A stretch of 64,000 nt of DNA from Alphaproteobacteria bacterium (lineage in GTDB: Bacteria > Pseudomonadota > Alphaproteobacteria > GCA-2731375): NCBI GenBank assembly GCA_965225945.1, contig CBDDBZ010000021.1, forward strand, positions 32,001 to 96,000, written 5' to 3'. Below the pieces are notes generated by a model. That model worked only from the letters and a program-made list of their open reading frames with translations. It ran no database searches and had not been told where the DNA came from. Made by a program: the position numbers and the translations under genes. This document shows, in pieces, positions 40,059 to 51,030 of the stretch (the first letter of the stretch is position 1; each line of letters opens with the position of its first letter).

Positions 40059-40496
40059 ATGAGCTGGGACTGGCGGCGGGTGGCGCCGGAGGAGGAGGGC
40101 TTCGAGGCCGATCTCGGGGCGCGGCTGGAGGCGGCGGCGGCCTCCGGCTTACGGATGCGGCCGCGCGACCTCGCGCAGATCGGCCGGCTGGTGAATGCCG
40201 GGGGCCGGTGGGGCGAGAGGGAGATCGTGCCGGCGGCCTGGGTCGAGGCGATGCTGACGCCCCGGGTGCGTCCCGACGAGACCATCGAGTATGGCTACCA
40301 GTGGTGGATCGGGCGGGCCTCGCGTTCCGGCAGGCCCTGGCACGGCGCCTTCGGCAACGGCGGCCAGCGCCTGATGGCGGCGCCGGGGCTCGATCTCGTC
40401 ATCGCCGCCACCGCCGGCAACTACAACAGCCTCGACGCCTGGCGCGTGCCCGTGGGCGTGTCCACCGAGGTGGTGTTTCCAGCGTTGAGGCAATGA
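40059..40496 (+). pseudogene. Serine hydrolase (class C beta-lactamase-like) with a large in-frame internal deletion
   Basis: N-terminus (VAPEEEGF..LEAAAASG) is joined directly to the C-terminus (LRMRPRDLAQIG...YGYQWW...GNGGQRL); SxxK and YxN are absent. Confidence 0.75.
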
Positions 40497-40562
40497 TGCA
40501 TCCCGCCGCTTCCGGCGACCGCCTCGAGGAGGGCGTCGCCGCGCGCGTGGGTTGACGATTCC

Positions 40563-41642
40563 TCACCCCAGGTGCCATTCGGGCTCCAACGGACAATGGA
40601 GGACCGTATCGGGGCCGACGATGCCGCCGGGGCGAGGCACGGTCTCGGGCGTCCCGTGGCGTTCGTAATAGACGGCCGGCAGCGGCCGTCCGTCGTGGCA
40701 GAGCAGCCAGAGTCGCAGCAGATGGCGCCGCCCGTCCGGCGCAACGTGATCCTCGAAACCCCGGCGCGAATGCAGGATCGCGTGGTTGTTCAGGAACTGC
40801 ATGTCGCCCGGCTCGAAGGCGATTTCGAGGTGCAATGCCTCGGCCACCTCGCCGACCATGGCGACGCCCTCGATCTGCGCCGCCGAGTTCGGGTCGCGGC
40901 CGTCGAAATGGCGGGCGACGGAGCCGATGTAGGTCGGCTCGATGGTGGTCGACAGCAGCCCGTCGTGGCGGTTGAACACGGGGATCGCGTACCACGGCGC
41001 CTTGCCCGGCGGGATCTCGTCGCGGCGATCGCGATACACCGGCGCCTCCAGCGCGGCGACCAGATCCGGGCGGCGTTCGAGCATCGCGTTATGGACCGCG
41101 CCGGAGCTGGCGATCAGGCTCTCTCCGCCGGCCTTGGCCGGGGCCAGGCACAGCAGACCGGCGATGTCGCAGCAGTCGACGTGATAGGGGATGGTCTCGG
41201 CCGAATAGGGGCCGCGCTGGCTGGGGTTGGCGCGGCTCTGGCCGAGATCGAGGATATGGCCCAGAAGGTGGCCGTTGGCGTTCTGCGAGGCGACCTCGTG
41301 GCCGAGATGACGGCCGATTCCCCAGAAGGCGATCGCCGCGCCGAGCCGGCCCAGCCGCGCCACCGGCAGGCCCCGGAGCTGCGCGAAGCCGCGTCCGTCG
41401 AGGATCTCGCGGCGGATCTCGCGCAAGGCGGGGCCGAGGCGGGGCAAGGGAAAATCCTCGGCGCGAATGGCCATCAGGTCGGCCTCCGCCGTCGTCAACG
41501 GCGCCACCACCGCCTCGATTTCCGCCACCTCCGCCGCCGACAATCGATAGAGCCAATCGTCATGGCGCGCCATCTCCGCCCCGGTCCAGACCGAGGGATG
41601 GGAAATCGGCGCCGATGGTCGGCTTCGGTCGTTTCGCGTCAT
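40563..41642 (-). CDS. TauD/TfdA family 2OG-Fe(II) dioxygenase
   Basis: YHVD, LLCLAPAKAGGES, PGDMQFLNNHAILHSR and RHLLRLWL motifs. Confidence 0.9.
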   Translation of the reverse strand: MTRNDRSRPSAPISHPSVWTGAEMARHDDWLYRLSAAEVAEIEAVVAPLTTAEADLMAIRAEDFPLPRLGPALREIRREILDGRGFAQLRGLPVARLGRLGAAIAFWGIGRHLGHEVASQNANGHLLGHILDLGQSRANPSQRGPYSAETIPYHVDCCDIAGLLCLAPAKAGGESLIASSGAVHNAMLERRPDLVAALEAPVYRDRRDEIPPGKAPWYAIPVFNRHDGLLSTTIEPTYIGSVARHFDGRDPNSAAQIEGVAMVGEVAEALHLEIAFEPGDMQFLNNHAILHSRRGFEDHVAPDGRRHLLRLWLLCHDGRPLPAVYYERHGTPETVPRPGGIVGPDTVLHCPLEPEWHLG

Positions 41643-41894
41643 CTGTCCGCCTCGTCCCGTATTTCCGCCAGCCGAGGGAGGATCTTAGGCCGTCGCCGAT
41701 GTGCGATCCAGAGAATGCAAATCCCTGGTCCCCGCGCCCAGGGCGGTTCCTCGATTTGATGGTATAATCGCGGCAAGTTCCGAAGCATCCGTTTGGCGAT
41801 GATCGACATGAACCAAACGTGAGATTCCCATATTGGGTTCAAGAAAGAAATCGCGGAACCAGGCAAATTCGCGCGACACGTGGAGAGGGCGTGC

Positions 41895-43259
41895 ATGATC
41901 GACGACGAGTTGTTGCGGGAAACCTCGGCGCGGGCGGCGCGCTATCTGGCGGGGTTGGAAGACCGAGCCGTGGCGCCCACGGCCGAGGCCTTGGCGGCGC
42001 TCGACCCGTTGGGCGGCGGTCTGCCCGAGGACCCCATGGCGCCGCGCGCGGTGATCGATCTGATCGATCGGCTGGGCGGGCCCGCGACCATCGCCTGCGC
42101 GGGCCCTCGCTATTTCGGCTTCGTCACCGGCGGCGCCCTGCCGGCGGCGCTCGCCGGCAACTGGCTCGCCTCGACCTGGGATCAGAACGCCTTCTCGAGC
42201 GCGAGCTCGCCGCTCGGCGCCAAGTTGGAGGCCATCGCGCTCGCTTGGCTGGTCGAGGCCCTGCGTCTTCCCGAAGGGACCGCCGGCTCGCTGGTCACGG
42301 GCGCCACCATGGCCAACTTCACCGGCCTGGCCGCCGCCCGTCACGCGGTGCTGGCCGAGCAGGGCTGGGACGTGGAGGCGGACGGCCTCTTCGGCGCACC
42401 GGAAATCCGTGTCGTCGTCGGCGAGGAGGTCCATGCCTCGCTTCTGAAGGCCCTGCGTCTGGTCGGCTTCGGCGCCGAGCGGGTGACGCGGGTCGCGGCC
42501 GACGAGCAGGGCCGGATGCGGGCCGACGCGCTGCCGGGAATCGAGGGGCCGACGATCCTCTGTCTGCAGGCCGGCAACGTGAACAGCGGCGCGCTCGATC
42601 CCGCCGCCCTGATCATCCCCCGCGCCAAGGCGGCCGGCGCCTGGGTCCATGTCGACGGCGCCTTCGGCCTGTGGGCCCGCGCCGCACCGAAGCTCGCGGC
42701 CCAGGCGGAGGGCTACGAGGCGGCGGACAGTTGGGCGATCGACGGCCACAAATGGCTCAACCTGCCCTACGACTGCGGGATCGCGCTGGTGCGGCGGCGG
42801 GACGCGTTGCGCGGCGCGATGCGGGTCGGCGCCGCCTATCTGGGGGAGGAGGCGCTTCGCGATCCCTTCGAATATACCCCCGAATGCAGCCGGCGCATGC
42901 GAAGCCTCGAGGTCTGGGCGGGGCTGAAGTCACTGGGCCGCGCCGGCCTCGCGGAATTGGTGGAACGCTGTTGCGGGCTCGCCGAACGCATGGCGACGGG
43001 CCTGCGGGCCGCCGGCTTCGAGGTCTTGAACGAGGTATCGCTGAACCAGGTGATGGTGTCGTTCGGTGACGCGGAGCGGACCCGGGCGGTGATGGAGGCG
43101 GTTCAGGCCGACGGCACCTGCTGGTGCGGCGGCACCGTCTGGCACAATCGCGCGGCGATGCGGATCAGCGTCTCCAACTGGGCCACGACGGCGGCGGACA
43201 TCGACCGGAGCCTCGCCGCCATCACCCGTCTCGCGCGGGAGATCACGAGTCGGAATTAG
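41895..43259 (+). CDS. PLP-dependent group II amino-acid decarboxylase
   Basis: WVHVDGAFG and DSWAIDGHKWLNLPYDCG (PLP lysine). Confidence 0.92.
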   Translation: MIDDELLRETSARAARYLAGLEDRAVAPTAEALAALDPLGGGLPEDPMAPRAVIDLIDRLGGPATIACAGPRYFGFVTGGALPAALAGNWLASTWDQNAFSSASSPLGAKLEAIALAWLVEALRLPEGTAGSLVTGATMANFTGLAAARHAVLAEQGWDVEADGLFGAPEIRVVVGEEVHASLLKALRLVGFGAERVTRVAADEQGRMRADALPGIEGPTILCLQAGNVNSGALDPAALIIPRAKAAGAWVHVDGAFGLWARAAPKLAAQAEGYEAADSWAIDGHKWLNLPYDCGIALVRRRDALRGAMRVGAAYLGEEALRDPFEYTPECSRRMRSLEVWAGLKSLGRAGLAELVERCCGLAERMATGLRAAGFEVLNEVSLNQVMVSFGDAERTRAVMEAVQADGTCWCGGTVWHNRAAMRISVSNWATTAADIDRSLAAITRLAREITSRN

Positions 43260-43291
43260 GGCGCTTCAGAATTGAAGCGAATCGTCCGGTA

Positions 43292-44285
43292 TTAGCCTCC
43301 GACCTCGACCATGCGTCCTTCCGCCAGCGAGCGGTAGGCGGCGTCGGCCAGGAGCAGAGCGCGGCGACCGTCCTCGGCGGTGGTGCGCGGCGCGGCCCCG
43401 TCGAGGAGGCAGGCGAGGAAATGTTCGAGCTCCAGCCTGTAGGCCTCGGCGTAGCGTTGGAGAAAGAAATCGAGCGGACGTTCGCCGGTGACACCATCGG
43501 CGTCGGTCACCTCGAGCGTGGTCTCGGTCCGGTTGGCGACGCGCAGCATGCCGTTCGATCCCAGAACTTCCAGGCGCTGGTCGTAGCCGTAGACCGCGCG
43601 CCGGCTGTTGGTGATGACGGCGATCTGGCCGGCTTCAGTGACCAGGGTGATGGCAGCGGTAATCGTGATCGCCCGCCTCGGCCGCCGCCGGATCGAACAG
43701 CCGGCTGGCGGTGGCGTGGAGGCGCACCGGCTCGGCCCCCAGCAACCAGCGCGCCATGTCGAAGTCGTGGATGGTCATGTCGCGGAATAGACCGCCGGAG
43801 CGCCGCAGATATTCCAAGGGCGGCGGTTCCGGGTCGCGACTGGTGATGATCACCGTCTCCACCCGGCCGATTCGTCCCTCGTCAATCGCCCGCTTCAGTG
43901 CGGCCATGCTCGGATCGAAGCGGCGGTTGAAGCCGACCTGCAGCAGGACGCCGGCCTCCCGGGCGACCGCCAGGCAGCCCTCGACGCGGGCGAGATCCAG
44001 GTCGATCGGCTTCTCGCAGAAGATCGCCTTGCCGGCGCGGGCCGAGGCCTCGATCAGCTCGGCGTGGGTATCGGTGCTGCTGGCGATGATCACCGCGCCG
44101 ACGGCAGGGTCCGAGAGCGCGACGTCGACGTCGCTCACCTCGCCGCCGTGACGGGCCGCGAGACGTTTGGCGGCCTCGGCGTCGATGTCGACGACATGGC
44201 GAAGGCGGGCGCGATCCGCGGTCGCCAGATTGGCGGCATGGATCTGGCCGATGCGGCCGGCGCCGAATTGCACGATCTCGATCAT
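43292..44285 (-). pseudogene. iolG: Inositol 2-dehydrogenase, frameshifted
   Basis: GAGRIG, CEKP, GFNRRFD and DMTIHDFD motifs. A one-base insertion near 43661 shifts GDHD|TAAITL...NSRRAVYGYDQRLEVLGS into another frame. Confidence 0.85.
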
Positions 44286-44410
44286 GGCCCCACTCCGACG
44301 ATGCTACCTCGTGGTCTATCAGGTGCTGGAGGTGGCGCAAACCCGCTTGGCCGCTTCGACCTGCACTCTACTATTCCTTCCCTCGCGCGATTTACCCGAG
44401 GTGGCGCCAC

Positions 44411-44659
44411 ATGGCGAGCCTACGCTTTACGGCGGCGCATCTGAAGCTGGCGATGGCCTACGTCATCGCCAACAACGGTGGCTATCGGGTTGTCAAGCAG
44501 CGCCTGCTCGCCTTCGACGGCAACGACGAGTTCATCGCCATGAGGCTCGAGGTTCCGCCGATCGATGAGCTCGGCCTGGCCCGTTCTCTCGACCTGGAGG
44601 CCACGCGGAGCGGCAAGACCAGCCTGCTGGACATCCATATCGAGGGTTCGGTCGGATGA
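44411..44659 (+). pseudogene. C-terminal fragment of a TPP-dependent decarboxylase
   Basis: SLRFTAAHLKLAMAYVIANNGGYRVVKQRL, the end of the TPP-binding motif only. Confidence 0.6.
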
Positions 44660-44855
44660 GCGGGGACCGGGCAGTTCCGCGCGGGCGGATCGCATTCCGG
44701 ACAGGTCCGCGCCGGTCGCGAACAGAAAGCTTCACATTTCCAAGCTATTAGGTCACACTTCGTCTGCGAGTTGGTCATCGGGGGGCGCCCTGTGGGATCC
44801 GCCGGGGACGACAATACGGGGACGACAATAAAGTTGAGTGAAGGGATTGAAGAAG

Positions 44856-45059
44856 ATGCGTGTCGGCGACATGCCCCTTTGGGGAATTCTGGTCGGTATC
44901 CTACCGGCAATCGTGGTCAAGCTTCCCGGCATGGATATGAGCTGGGGAGCGGCGTTCCTGACATACCTCGGAGTAACCGCGGTGGTGGCGATACTCTGGC
45001 AGCTCGACAAGCTGGATGACACCATGCGCAGCGGACCGGGCGAATCGGACGATTCCTGA
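44856..45059 (+). CDS. Small 2-TM hypothetical protein
   Basis: Two hydrophobic helices with an acidic tail. Confidence 0.45.
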   Translation: MRVGDMPLWGILVGILPAIVVKLPGMDMSWGAAFLTYLGVTAVVAILWQLDKLDDTMRSGPGESDDS

Positions 45060-45264
45060 CGCCGCCGGGGGCCGCGCGCGGTCCCCGATTTGGCCTCGCT
45101 CCAGGCCATGCACCCGATGGCGAGACCGCGCCGTCGCGCCACCGTCGGCTCGGTGGACAGGCGACGAGAACGGTACGACGCGATAGACGTGAGCTCGCGA
45201 GTCGCACGGCGATTGCGATTCGATTCCCCGACTCCGTGGATCATTGGGCGTGGATCATTGGGCC

Positions 45265-46899
45265 ATGGCACGGCTGACTGGTGGCCAAGCGCTGGTGAAA
45301 TCCGTCATCGCGAACGGCGTCGATACGCTGTTCGCGCTCCCTGGCGTCCAGTTGGATCACTTCTTCAACGCGCTGCACGATGAAGGCAACGCGATCCGGG
45401 TGATCAATTCCCGCCATGAGCAGGGCTCCGCCTACATGGCGCTCGGCCAAGCGATGGCGACCGGCGGGATCGGTGCCTATGCCGTGGTGCCCGGACCGGG
45501 CGTGTTGAACACGCTGTCGGCGCTCGCCACGGCCCAGAGCGCCGGTGCCCGGGTGCTGTGTCTCACCGGTCAAATCCCCTCGGCCCACATCGGCCGGGGG
45601 CTCGGCATGCTGCACGAGATCCCCGATCAGTTGGGCACGCTGCGCGGCCTGACCAAGTGGGCCGACCGAATCGATCATCCGACCAGCGCGCCGGCCGCCG
45701 TGGCGGAAGCGTTCCGTCGCCTGCTCGGCGGCGCGCCGGGACCGGTGGCGCTGGAGATGGCGCTCGACCTGCTCGCGGATTCGGCGGAAGTCGGGCCGAT
45801 CGCCGCCCACGAACCGTTGCCCCCCGCGCCCCTCGACAAGGAGGCGGTGGATCGGGCCGCGACCCTGTTGGGCGAGGCGGCGGCCCCGATGATCTTCGTT
45901 GGCGGCGGCATCTTCGGCGCGGAGGACGAGCTCCAGGCGCTGGCCGAGATGTTGCAGGCGCCGGTGGTGGCCAATCGCATGGGGCGGGGCGCGCTCGACG
46001 ACGCGCATCCCCTCTCGGTCACCAGCCCGGTCGGCCACGCGCTTTGGGCCGAGGCGGACGTGGTGCTGGCGGTCGGCACCCGCTTGCAGCCGCAGCGGAT
46101 GAACTGGGGCATGGATCGGGACTTGAAGCTGATCCACGTCAACACCAATCCGGTGGAATTGAAGCGCATCGCGACGCCCGAGGTGGCGCTGGCGAGCGAT
46201 GCCAAGGCGACGCTCGCGGCACTGCTCGATCTGGTAGCGATACGAAATCGCGCCCGGCCCCCGCGCGGCGAGGAAATCGCCGCCATGAAGGCGGCCATGC
46301 GTGCTGATCTCGAGGCCAGCCTCGGTCCGCAGATGGGTTTCGTCGGGGCACTCAGACGGGCGCTCGATCCCGACGGCGTGCTGGTCTGCGACCTGACACA
46401 GGTCGGCTACGTCTCGCAGGCGGCCTTCCCGGTGCATCGGCCGCGCGGCTTCATCTCCAGCGGCTATCAGGGCACCCTCGGCTACGGCTTCGCCACCGCG
46501 CTCGGCGTCAAGGTGGCCCGGCCCGACGTTCAGGTGCTCTCGATCAACGGCGACGGCGGCTTCATGTACAACGTGCAGGAACTCGCGACCGCGGTGAAGG
46601 AGGGGATCGGCGTCGTCGCCGTGGTCTTCAACGATTCCGCTTACGGTAACGTCCTCAGGATGCAGCACGAGCTGCATGACGGCCGGGTGATCGCCAGCGA
46701 CCTCCACAACCCGGATTTCGTAGCGCTGGCCGAGAGTTTCGGCGCCCGGGGCTACCGCGCCGAGACGCCGGCGGCGTTGGAGGAAGCGTTGGCCGATGCG
46801 TTTCGCCACGGCGGTCCCGCCCTCGTCGACGTGCCGGTGGGGCCGATGCCGAGCCCTTGGGGCCTGCTGATGCCGGGCCGCGTCCGGCCCCGCGCTTGA
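45265..46899 (+). CDS. TPP-dependent enzyme (acetolactate synthase large subunit-like)
   Basis: LPG, RHEQ, PGPG and GDGGFMYNVQEL...FND motifs. Confidence 0.92.
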   Translation: MARLTGGQALVKSVIANGVDTLFALPGVQLDHFFNALHDEGNAIRVINSRHEQGSAYMALGQAMATGGIGAYAVVPGPGVLNTLSALATAQSAGARVLCLTGQIPSAHIGRGLGMLHEIPDQLGTLRGLTKWADRIDHPTSAPAAVAEAFRRLLGGAPGPVALEMALDLLADSAEVGPIAAHEPLPPAPLDKEAVDRAATLLGEAAAPMIFVGGGIFGAEDELQALAEMLQAPVVANRMGRGALDDAHPLSVTSPVGHALWAEADVVLAVGTRLQPQRMNWGMDRDLKLIHVNTNPVELKRIATPEVALASDAKATLAALLDLVAIRNRARPPRGEEIAAMKAAMRADLEASLGPQMGFVGALRRALDPDGVLVCDLTQVGYVSQAAFPVHRPRGFISSGYQGTLGYGFATALGVKVARPDVQVLSINGDGGFMYNVQELATAVKEGIGVVAVVFNDSAYGNVLRMQHELHDGRVIASDLHNPDFVALAESFGARGYRAETPAALEEALADAFRHGGPALVDVPVGPMPSPWGLLMPGRVRPRA

Positions 46900-46914
46900 G
46901 CGGGGACGAGAGCG

Positions 46915-47406
46915 GTGGGCGACATCGCTGCACGCGTCCGCACGCTTCTCGAGGCGTCCGGCCTCGACTTCGAAATCATCGCCTGCGATCCCGAGCTGGC
47001 GGATACCGCCATCTTCTGCGCCCACTACGGCTATGCGCCGGAGGAGAGTGCCAACACCATCATCGTCCGCTCCAAGACCGGCGAGGTACGCTACGCCGCC
47101 TGTGTCGTGCTGGCGACGACTCGGCTCGACGTCAACAAGACCGTCCGCAAGCGGCTGGAGGCGGGCAAGGCCTCCTTCGCCTCCGCCGAGGAAACCCGCG
47201 AGATGACCGGCATGGAGATCGGCGGCGTTACGCCATTCTGTCTGCCGGAGGGGCTGGCGCTCTGGGTCGATGCTCGGATCGTGGCGCTTCCCCGCGTGAT
47301 CCTCGGCGGAGTGGACCGCTCGAGCAAGATCATCGTCGACCCGGCGATATTTCACCGCACCCCCGGAACCGAAATCGTCTCGAATCTGGCCCGCGCGCCC
47401 GCCTAA
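46915..47406 (+). CDS. YbaK/EbsC family protein
   Basis: ASFASAEETREMTGMEIGGVTPF motif. Confidence 0.88.
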   Translation: MGDIAARVRTLLEASGLDFEIIACDPELADTAIFCAHYGYAPEESANTIIVRSKTGEVRYAACVVLATTRLDVNKTVRKRLEAGKASFASAEETREMTGMEIGGVTPFCLPEGLALWVDARIVALPRVILGGVDRSSKIIVDPAIFHRTPGTEIVSNLARAPA

Positions 47407-47628
47407 TCCGACCGCGCGTCCCCACGCCGTCGAGGCGACATTCGTCGCGCGAGCACACAAGCTCGAAACATGTCCGCCTGGGCCTGATCTCGTCCTTGGG
47501 CGGCATGTTGCCGCTGCCCCCGAGGTCGGTCTCGCCAAGGCAACGGAGTCACTGTCGCTGGGCGATCGCATCGGCCACGTCAACCGGGTGGTGGCGCCTG
47601 AATTCAGCGGCCGGCAAGGCGGCGAAAT

Positions 47629-47829
47629 TCAGGCGATGATGTCGGGTTCGAGAAGATCCCCGAGCTGGGCGATCTGATCCTTCAGAATCAGCTTGCGTTT
47701 CTTCAGCCGCTGCACGCCCAACTGATCGTAAGGGCGGCTGTCGACCATCGCGGCGATGGCGTCATCGAGATCGCGATGTTCCTGCCGCAGTTCGAGCAGG
47801 CGTGTCCGCATTGCCTCGCCTTCGCTCAT
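47629..47829 (-). CDS. DUF465/YdcH family protein
   Basis: LRQEHRDLDDAI...QRLKKRKLILKDQI. Confidence 0.9.
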   Translation of the reverse strand: MSEGEAMRTRLLELRQEHRDLDDAIAAMVDSRPYDQLGVQRLKKRKLILKDQIAQLGDLLEPDIIA

Positions 47830-47965
47830 GCCTCCTCCAATCGGTTTCGAGCAACCGACCGATCGAGCGTATCACAAGTGATCGATCGCGTGGCGGGGCG
47901 GACTCGCAAAACGAGGTCGAAATGGGCGAAACTGGGCGCCGCGACAGAACGACGGGAGGATTCGA

Positions 47966-48142
47966 ATGACGTCGGATAGGGATGTCGAGTCGTTGCGTGC
48001 CGAACACCAAGAGTTGGAACGGCAAATCGCCGAGGAGAACCAACATCCAAATCCAAACGAATTTCGAATCAAGGAATTGAAACGCCAGAAGCTGCTGGTC
48101 AAGGATCGCATCGCCGGCCACGGACGCGATACGTCGGTCTGA
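47966..48142 (+). CDS. Second DUF465/YdcH family protein (58 aa, not in ORF track)
   Basis: GGAGG RBS; MTSDRDVESLRAEHQELERQIAEENQHPNPNEFRIKELKRQKLLVKDRIAG. Confidence 0.8.
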   Translation: MTSDRDVESLRAEHQELERQIAEENQHPNPNEFRIKELKRQKLLVKDRIAGHGRDTSV

Positions 48143-48168
48143 AGACATCCTGCGTCGCTGGCGTCGGC

Positions 48169-48636
48169 CTACGGCTCGCCCACGGCGTGGTAGGGATGGC
48201 CGGTGAGGATCGCGTGCGCGCGGTAGAGCTGTTCCGCCAGCATCGCCCGGACGAGCAGATGCGGCCAGGTCATCGGCCCGAACGACAGTAGCAGATCCGC
48301 CTCCGCCTTGAGCGCCGGGTCCAGCCCGCCGGCGCCGCCGACGACGAAGGCGAGGTCGCGGCGGCCGGCCTCTTGCGCCGTCGCGATTTGCCGGGCGAGT
48401 TCCTCGCTCGAGAGGATGCGACCCGCCGAATCCAGCAAGATCTTCAGCGCATCCCTCGGCACGGCCTGGCGCAATTGCGCGCCCTCGCGACGAAGGCGGG
48501 CGTCGAGGGCGCGATCGCGGGCCGGCGAGATCTCGTGCTCTCGCACCTCCCAGGATAGGCGTTTTAGATAGTCGTCGACGAGCTGACGCTCGGGCCCGCG
48601 CCGCAGGCGGCCGACGGCAATGATGGCGAGGCGCAA
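48169..48636 (-). CDS. rlmH: 23S rRNA m3-pseudouridine-1915 methyltransferase
   Basis: FVVGGAGG, LSFGPMTWPHLLVRAMLAEQLYRA...GHPYH. Confidence 0.95.
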   Translation of the reverse strand: MRLAIIAVGRLRRGPERQLVDDYLKRLSWEVREHEISPARDRALDARLRREGAQLRQAVPRDALKILLDSAGRILSSEELARQIATAQEAGRRDLAFVVGGAGGLDPALKAEADLLLSFGPMTWPHLLVRAMLAEQLYRAHAILTGHPYHAVGEP

Positions 48637-48654
48637 GACGCGGGCGGCCTGTCG

Positions 48655-49026
48655 CTAGACCGCGGCCAATTCCTCGGGAAGCGCCACCGACCACATCTTC
48701 TCGATGTTGTAGAATTCGCGCACCTCGGGACGGAAGATGTGCACGATGACGTCGCCCGCGTCGATCAGTACCCAGTCGGCGCGGGCCATGCCCTCCGCCC
48801 GGCAGCGCCCATGGCCGGCGTTCCTCAGCCGTTCCATCAGATGCGTGGCGATAGCGCCGACCTGGCGCGTCGAACGGCCGTTCGCGACCACCATGTAATC
48901 GGCGATCGGGGTCTTGCCGTCGAGATCGATGATGACGATATCTTCCGCCTTGTCGGCATCCAGCGACTCGGCGACCAGGTCCAGCAGTATTCCAACCTCG
49001 GCTGGACGATTGTCACGTGTTTCTAT
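48655..49026 (-). CDS. rsfS: Ribosome silencing factor
   Basis: SLDADKAEDIVIIDL...IADYMVVANGRSTRQV...DWVLIDAGDVIVHIF..EVREFYNIEKMW; probable ATA start. Confidence 0.93.
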   Translation of the reverse strand: METRDNRPAEVGILLDLVAESLDADKAEDIVIIDLDGKTPIADYMVVANGRSTRQVGAIATHLMERLRNAGHGRCRAEGMARADWVLIDAGDVIVHIFRPEVREFYNIEKMWSVALPEELAAV

Positions 49027-49095
49027 GACCTATGGCTCCGTGTTCTCGGCCGCTCGACCCGTCCCCACCCCCGGCTTCGAGTCCGGAGAGCCCGT

Positions 49096-49680
49096 TCAAG
49101 CGATCCATGACCTGGATTCCCGTAGCGCGGTGGCGGAACTCGCCTCCAACCTTTCGCGGAGAAAGCACCACGCCGGCGGCGTCATCCGGATCAGCATCCT
49201 TGGCGTCCGAACACGGTAACCTCCGAAGCGGCGCGCCGCCTGTCCCGCGAGCGCGTCATAAGAATAGGGTGCGCGATCGAAGATCGCAACGGGAACCAGC
49301 GTCATCAGCCGCATCCACTCTCGCCAGCGCGGCAGTTGCACCAGGTTGTCGGCACCCATCAGCCAGACGAAGCGGTGGCGGGGAAAGCAGCGGCCGAGCG
49401 CGCGGACGGTATCGACGGTATAGCGGGTGGCGAGGCGGCTCTCGATATCGTCGACGCGAATTCGAGGATGGCCGGCGAGCGCCCGGGCCGCCTGGAGCCG
49501 GCGCTCGAGGCTGGCCATGCCGGCGGTCGGCTTCAACGGGTTCCCTGGCGACACCAACCACCAGACCTGATCCAGCCCTAGGCGGCGAAGGGCGATCAGG
49601 CTGATGTGGCGATGCCCGGCATGGGCGGGGTTGAAGGAGCCGCCCAGCAAACCGACCTTGAGGCCCGCCATCGGACTCAA
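49096..49680 (-). CDS. nadD: Nicotinate-nucleotide adenylyltransferase
   Basis: [21 protein letters not shown] and SSATALR motifs. Confidence 0.95.
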   Translation of the reverse strand: MSPMAGLKVGLLGGSFNPAHAGHRHISLIALRRLGLDQVWWLVSPGNPLKPTAGMASLERRLQAARALAGHPRIRVDDIESRLATRYTVDTVRALGRCFPRHRFVWLMGADNLVQLPRWREWMRLMTLVPVAIFDRAPYSYDALAGQAARRFGGYRVRTPRMLIRMTPPAWCFLRERLEASSATALRESRSWIA

Positions 49681-50960
49681 GGTCGGATCTGGCCGTCGCC
49701 CCTGACGACGTATTTGAAGGTGGTCAATTGCTCCACCCCGACGGGCCCGCGCGCGTGTAGCCGATTGGTGGAGATGCCGATCTCCGCGCCCATGCCAAAT
49801 TCGCCGCCGTCGGCGAACTGGGTGGAGGCGTTGTGCAATACGATCGCTGAGTCGACCAGTGCGAGAAATTTCTCGGCCGCCGCCGCGTCCTCGGTGACGA
49901 TGCAGTCGGTGTGGTTGGAGCCGTGGCGGGTCACGTGCGCAATCGCGCCGTCGACGCCGTCGACGACGCGGACGGCGATGATCTTGTCGAGATACTCGCT
50001 ATCCCAGTCGGCCGGGCTCGCCGCCACGACGTGAGGATCCACTCCTGCCGTCGCCGCGTCGCCCCGGACCTCGCAGCCCGCCTCCAGCAGATCGCCGACC
50101 AGCGGCGCCAGGTGACTGTCGGCCACCGCCCGATCGACCAGCAGGGTCTCCGCCGCCCCGCAGATCCCGGTTCGCCGCATCTTGGCGTTGAGGGCGATGG
50201 CGCGGGCTTTGTCGAGGTCGGCGGCACAATCGACATAGACGTGACAGTTGCCGTCGAGATGCGCGATCACCGGCACCCGGCTTTCCCGTTGCACCCGTTC
50301 GATCAGGCCCTTGCCGCCGCGCGGCACGATGATGTCGATAAATTCCGGCATGGCGAACAGCATGCCGACGGCGGCCCGCTCGCGGCTCGGCACGCGCTGG
50401 ATGGCGGCCTCCGACAGGCCGGCGGCGACCAGGCCCCGGACCAGGCAGGCATGGATCGCCATGCTCGAAGCGAAGCTCTCGGAGCCGCCGCGCAGGATCG
50501 CCGCGTTGCCCGACTTGAGGCAGAGCGCGCCGGCGTCGGCGGTGACGTTGGGCCGGGATTCGTAAATGATCGCGATGACGCCCAGCGGCACCCGGACCCG
50601 CGAGATGCGAAGCCCGTTCGGCCGGGTCCAGCTCGCGAACTCCTCGCCCACCGGATCGGCGAGCGTCGCCACCGCCTCGATGCTGCGCGCCATGCCCTCG
50701 ACCCGCTCGTCGTTCAGGAGCAGCCGGTCGAGCATCGCGTCCGAGAGGCCGCGTTCGCGCGCCTCCACCATGTCCTGGGCGTTAGCCGCGAGGATCGCAG
50801 CGACGTCGTCGCGGATCGCCTCGGCCTGGGCGACGAGAGCCTGGTTCTTAGCCTCGCTTCCGGCCTGGGCGAGTTCCGCCGCCGCCGCGCGGGCGGCGCG
50901 CCCCATGGCGGTCATGGTCTCGGCCAGGGCCTCGTCGTTCAAGCGCTCGGCGACGCTCAT
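49677..50960 (-). CDS. proA: Glutamate-5-semialdehyde dehydrogenase
   Basis: [19 protein letters not shown] and [22 protein letters not shown] motifs. Confidence 0.97.
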   Translation of the reverse strand: MSVAERLNDEALAETMTAMGRAARAAAAELAQAGSEAKNQALVAQAEAIRDDVAAILAANAQDMVEARERGLSDAMLDRLLLNDERVEGMARSIEAVATLADPVGEEFASWTRPNGLRISRVRVPLGVIAIIYESRPNVTADAGALCLKSGNAAILRGGSESFASSMAIHACLVRGLVAAGLSEAAIQRVPSRERAAVGMLFAMPEFIDIIVPRGGKGLIERVQRESRVPVIAHLDGNCHVYVDCAADLDKARAIALNAKMRRTGICGAAETLLVDRAVADSHLAPLVGDLLEAGCEVRGDAATAGVDPHVVAASPADWDSEYLDKIIAVRVVDGVDGAIAHVTRHGSNHTDCIVTEDAAAAEKFLALVDSAIVLHNASTQFADGGEFGMGAEIGISTNRLHARGPVGVEQLTTFKYVVRGDGQIRP

Positions 50961-51030
50961 GCTCGTTCTCCCTCGGCTCCGGCGATTGCCGGATCGCCCG
51001 AAACTAACATGCACCCCGGTCGCGTGACAG

